A DNA stretch of 64,000 nucleotides from Eledone cirrhosa (taxonomy: Eukaryota), in contig OZ024762.1 of assembly GCA_964016885.1 (NCBI GenBank), positions 4,960,001-5,024,000 of the forward strand, read 5' to 3'. A program made the position numbers and the translations under genes. Positions within the stretch are counted from its first letter, which is position 1, and the number at the start of each line of letters is the position of its first letter. Positions 61,850 to 64,000 of the stretch are shown here, piece by piece. Below the pieces are notes generated by a model that did not search any database, had not been told where the DNA came from, and worked only from the letters and a program-made list of their open reading frames with translations.

Positions 61850-62130
61850 GTTCGTTGAAATTTTGAAACTTATAAATTATTGGAGTAAGATTGACAATAG
61901 ATCTGGAAATAAGACAAAGTGAAATATATCATTTCATTCACCATATTTATTGTGTCTACACGTTAGGCTAAAGATTAGAGTTAATTATAAGGTGAGAGGG
62001 TTAGGATTCCTTCGTCAGTTCTTGTAATATCGGAACGGAGCATGCGATAAGTTTATATTTTAGTCCATCACAACTAGTCTCAATCTTAGCGAAAGTAAGA
62101 GCCCAGACGGGATAACTCTCTTTCCATTTG

Positions 62131-62326
62131 CATACCTGTCAACTCTCCCCGTTCGATTTGTGAGATCTCTCACCCACTTTCGGGTGTGTGAGAGATGTCT
62201 TCTCTTGTGAAAAAGGGGTATAGCTTTCATTATTTAAAAACTCCCCATTTTGTCTCATTTCTCCCAGATTTGGGGCACTTTTTTTCATAGTAGTAACGTT
62301 TGGGTTTTTAGAGGTTGGCAGGTCTG
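62131..62326. mobile_element. Short DNA-transposon MITE
   Basis: TIRs CATACCTGTCAAC / GTTGGCAGGTCTG; no clear TSD. Confidence 0.45.
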
Positions 62327-62714
62327 ATTCAGGAGAGGTAAATCCCTAATCTGGGATGCCAACTGCTGCGACTTCACTTCCAACCCTGTCTCTTCTGCCA
62401 CAAACCCCGACACTGCCTCCTGTAGTGCAGAGGAGAGGAAAATGCCAAATACCGGGGTTTCACAGATCGCTTCATTTTCACGCCGTTTGCTGTCTAGAGT
62501 TCAGGTGTCCTAGGTACCCGAACTGCCAAAACAGCAGTCCTCGTTACGGTGCTCCACTGACAAATGAGTTTTATTGTGACACGAGTGTACTGGGTGCATT
62601 TTATTGTGTCACCTGCACTAGAGATATTAACATATACTCGGCATGATTGAAGTTGATAAAAACAGTTTTATTTACCAAAACTCTAATGTTAAGTTACTGA
62701 CAGTTGTATAAAAA

Positions 62715-63053
62715 AATCTTCTTCGCCCACTTATTCCTGAGAGGGTCGTGGGGGCAGAGTCCTCAAACACTCCTTCCAGCGAGTCCTGTCTCTAACTGAT
62801 CCGGCTGCATCCCCAAGTGTGACCAGCTAAGCTCATGTATGTTTTCCAACCAACTTGTCCTGGGTCTCTTGCCGGTTGGTTTTGCCCTGTAAAATCTGCC
62901 CAGCAATTTCCTGAGGCATTCTAACCACATATCCATAGTTTGATATGCCTGGTATAAGGTACATACACAATATTTAAAAGATATTTCTTATACTATGGAT
63001 ATGTGGTTAGAATGCCTCAGGAAAGAATTGCTGGGCAGATTTTACAGGGCAAA
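62715..63053. mobile_element. RTE-clade LINE 3' fragment (minus strand) with an inverted duplicate of its truncated end
   Basis: YYGYVVRMPQE..AGQILQGK segment present on both strands. Confidence 0.7.
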
Positions 63054-63737
63054 GGACACCAGAAGTCTCCACAGATACAGGGTGGTCAACTCTGCCTTGA
63101 TAGCTGTAAGGAGTTGGTTCAGGGACCGAGGACACCAGAAGTCTCCACAGATACAGAGTGGCCATCTCTCTCGTGGGAGCAATGAACTGATCCCAGTGAC
63201 CACGAATGCTGGATGTCTTCACCGCTACAATGATAGACAGTAAAATCTAAGATAATTGTGTTATGCTTGTTGTTTTAATGTATGTAAGGGTGGTGTATTG
63301 TAGCATTTAGTTATGTCCCTTTACGTTCTGAGTTCAAATCCCGCTGAAGTTAGCTTTGCCTCTCATCATTGTGGGGGTCAATAAAATGAAGTACCAGTAA
63401 CACACTGGGGTTGATTTAATTAACTTTCCCCTCTCTCCAAATTGTTGGCCTTGTGTCTTATGCCTATAGTAGAAATCATTATTATTGTTTTAATGTATGT
63501 GAGGGCAATGAATTGTAGCAGAGTTAGCATTGCCTTTCATCCTTATGGGGTCAATAAAATGAAGTACCAGTAATACACTGGAAACGATTTAATCAATTTT
63601 CTCCCCTTCCTTTCAAATTTATGACTTTGTGCCAAAAAGTTGAAGCAATTATTGTTGTTGTTGTCTTGATATTCTTTATACATCTTTCTCCCATTTGGTT
63701 GTTCTATGTCAACAATCTATTGTCTTTATTGTTGTAG

Positions 63738-63889
63738 CTCCAAGATAAGTGATGAAGTGAAGGACTATGTGATACCACTTATTAAGAAGAATGTATGGCA
63801 CAAATCTGACCAACAGAAGAAACTAGCCAACAGTAAAGAAGAATCTTCCAATACTTTGGAAGATTTAGCAGCCAAAGAAATTATCGAAG
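63738..63889 (+). CDS. GPKOW: GPKOW second coding exon (SKISDEVKDYVIPLIKKNVW...LEDLAAKEIIE); gene continues past the window
   Basis: gtag|C acceptor in phase, G|gtacac donor; VIPLI and A.KE.I motifs of the GPKOW N-terminus. Confidence 0.8.
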
Positions 63890-64000
63890 GTACACAGCTA
63901 GGATCTTTTTTTTCCCCATTTATTTTAATAATCTTTCTCTTATTTTTAATATTTTTTCATTTTCTAAATTTTAATATTGATCTAAAAACATTCCATCATA

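Overview
Eukaryotic, AT-rich, repeat-dense animal DNA with GT-AG introns and no bacterial features. The SINE/MITE/microsatellite landscape looks like an octopod cephalopod (inference). There are three spliced protein-coding genes on the + strand: (1) the 3' eight exons of a divergent SLC2A13/HMIT-like sugar-porter (4945-20779); (2) an apparently complete 8-exon HROB/C17orf53/MCM8IP gene (44318-56468, about 586 aa); (3) the first two coding exons of GPKOW (61683-63889, running off the window). Four identical initiator tRNA-Met genes lie at 40.3-43.0 kb. The rest is transposon-derived: a near-complete DD37D (maT) Tc1/mariner element, decayed mariner, RTE, CR1-like and CRE-like LINE fragments, a Helitron, hAT-like and piggyBac-like MITEs, tRNA-derived SINEs and many mini/microsatellites. 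The most interesting signals are candidate self-cleaving RNAs: a near-canonical HDV-like ribozyme fold at 38574-38652 and several hammerhead cores next to fold-back palindromes (Penelope/retrozyme-like). Most supplied ORFs are repeat artefacts. All family assignments are by eye and from memory of consensus motifs; no searches were run.
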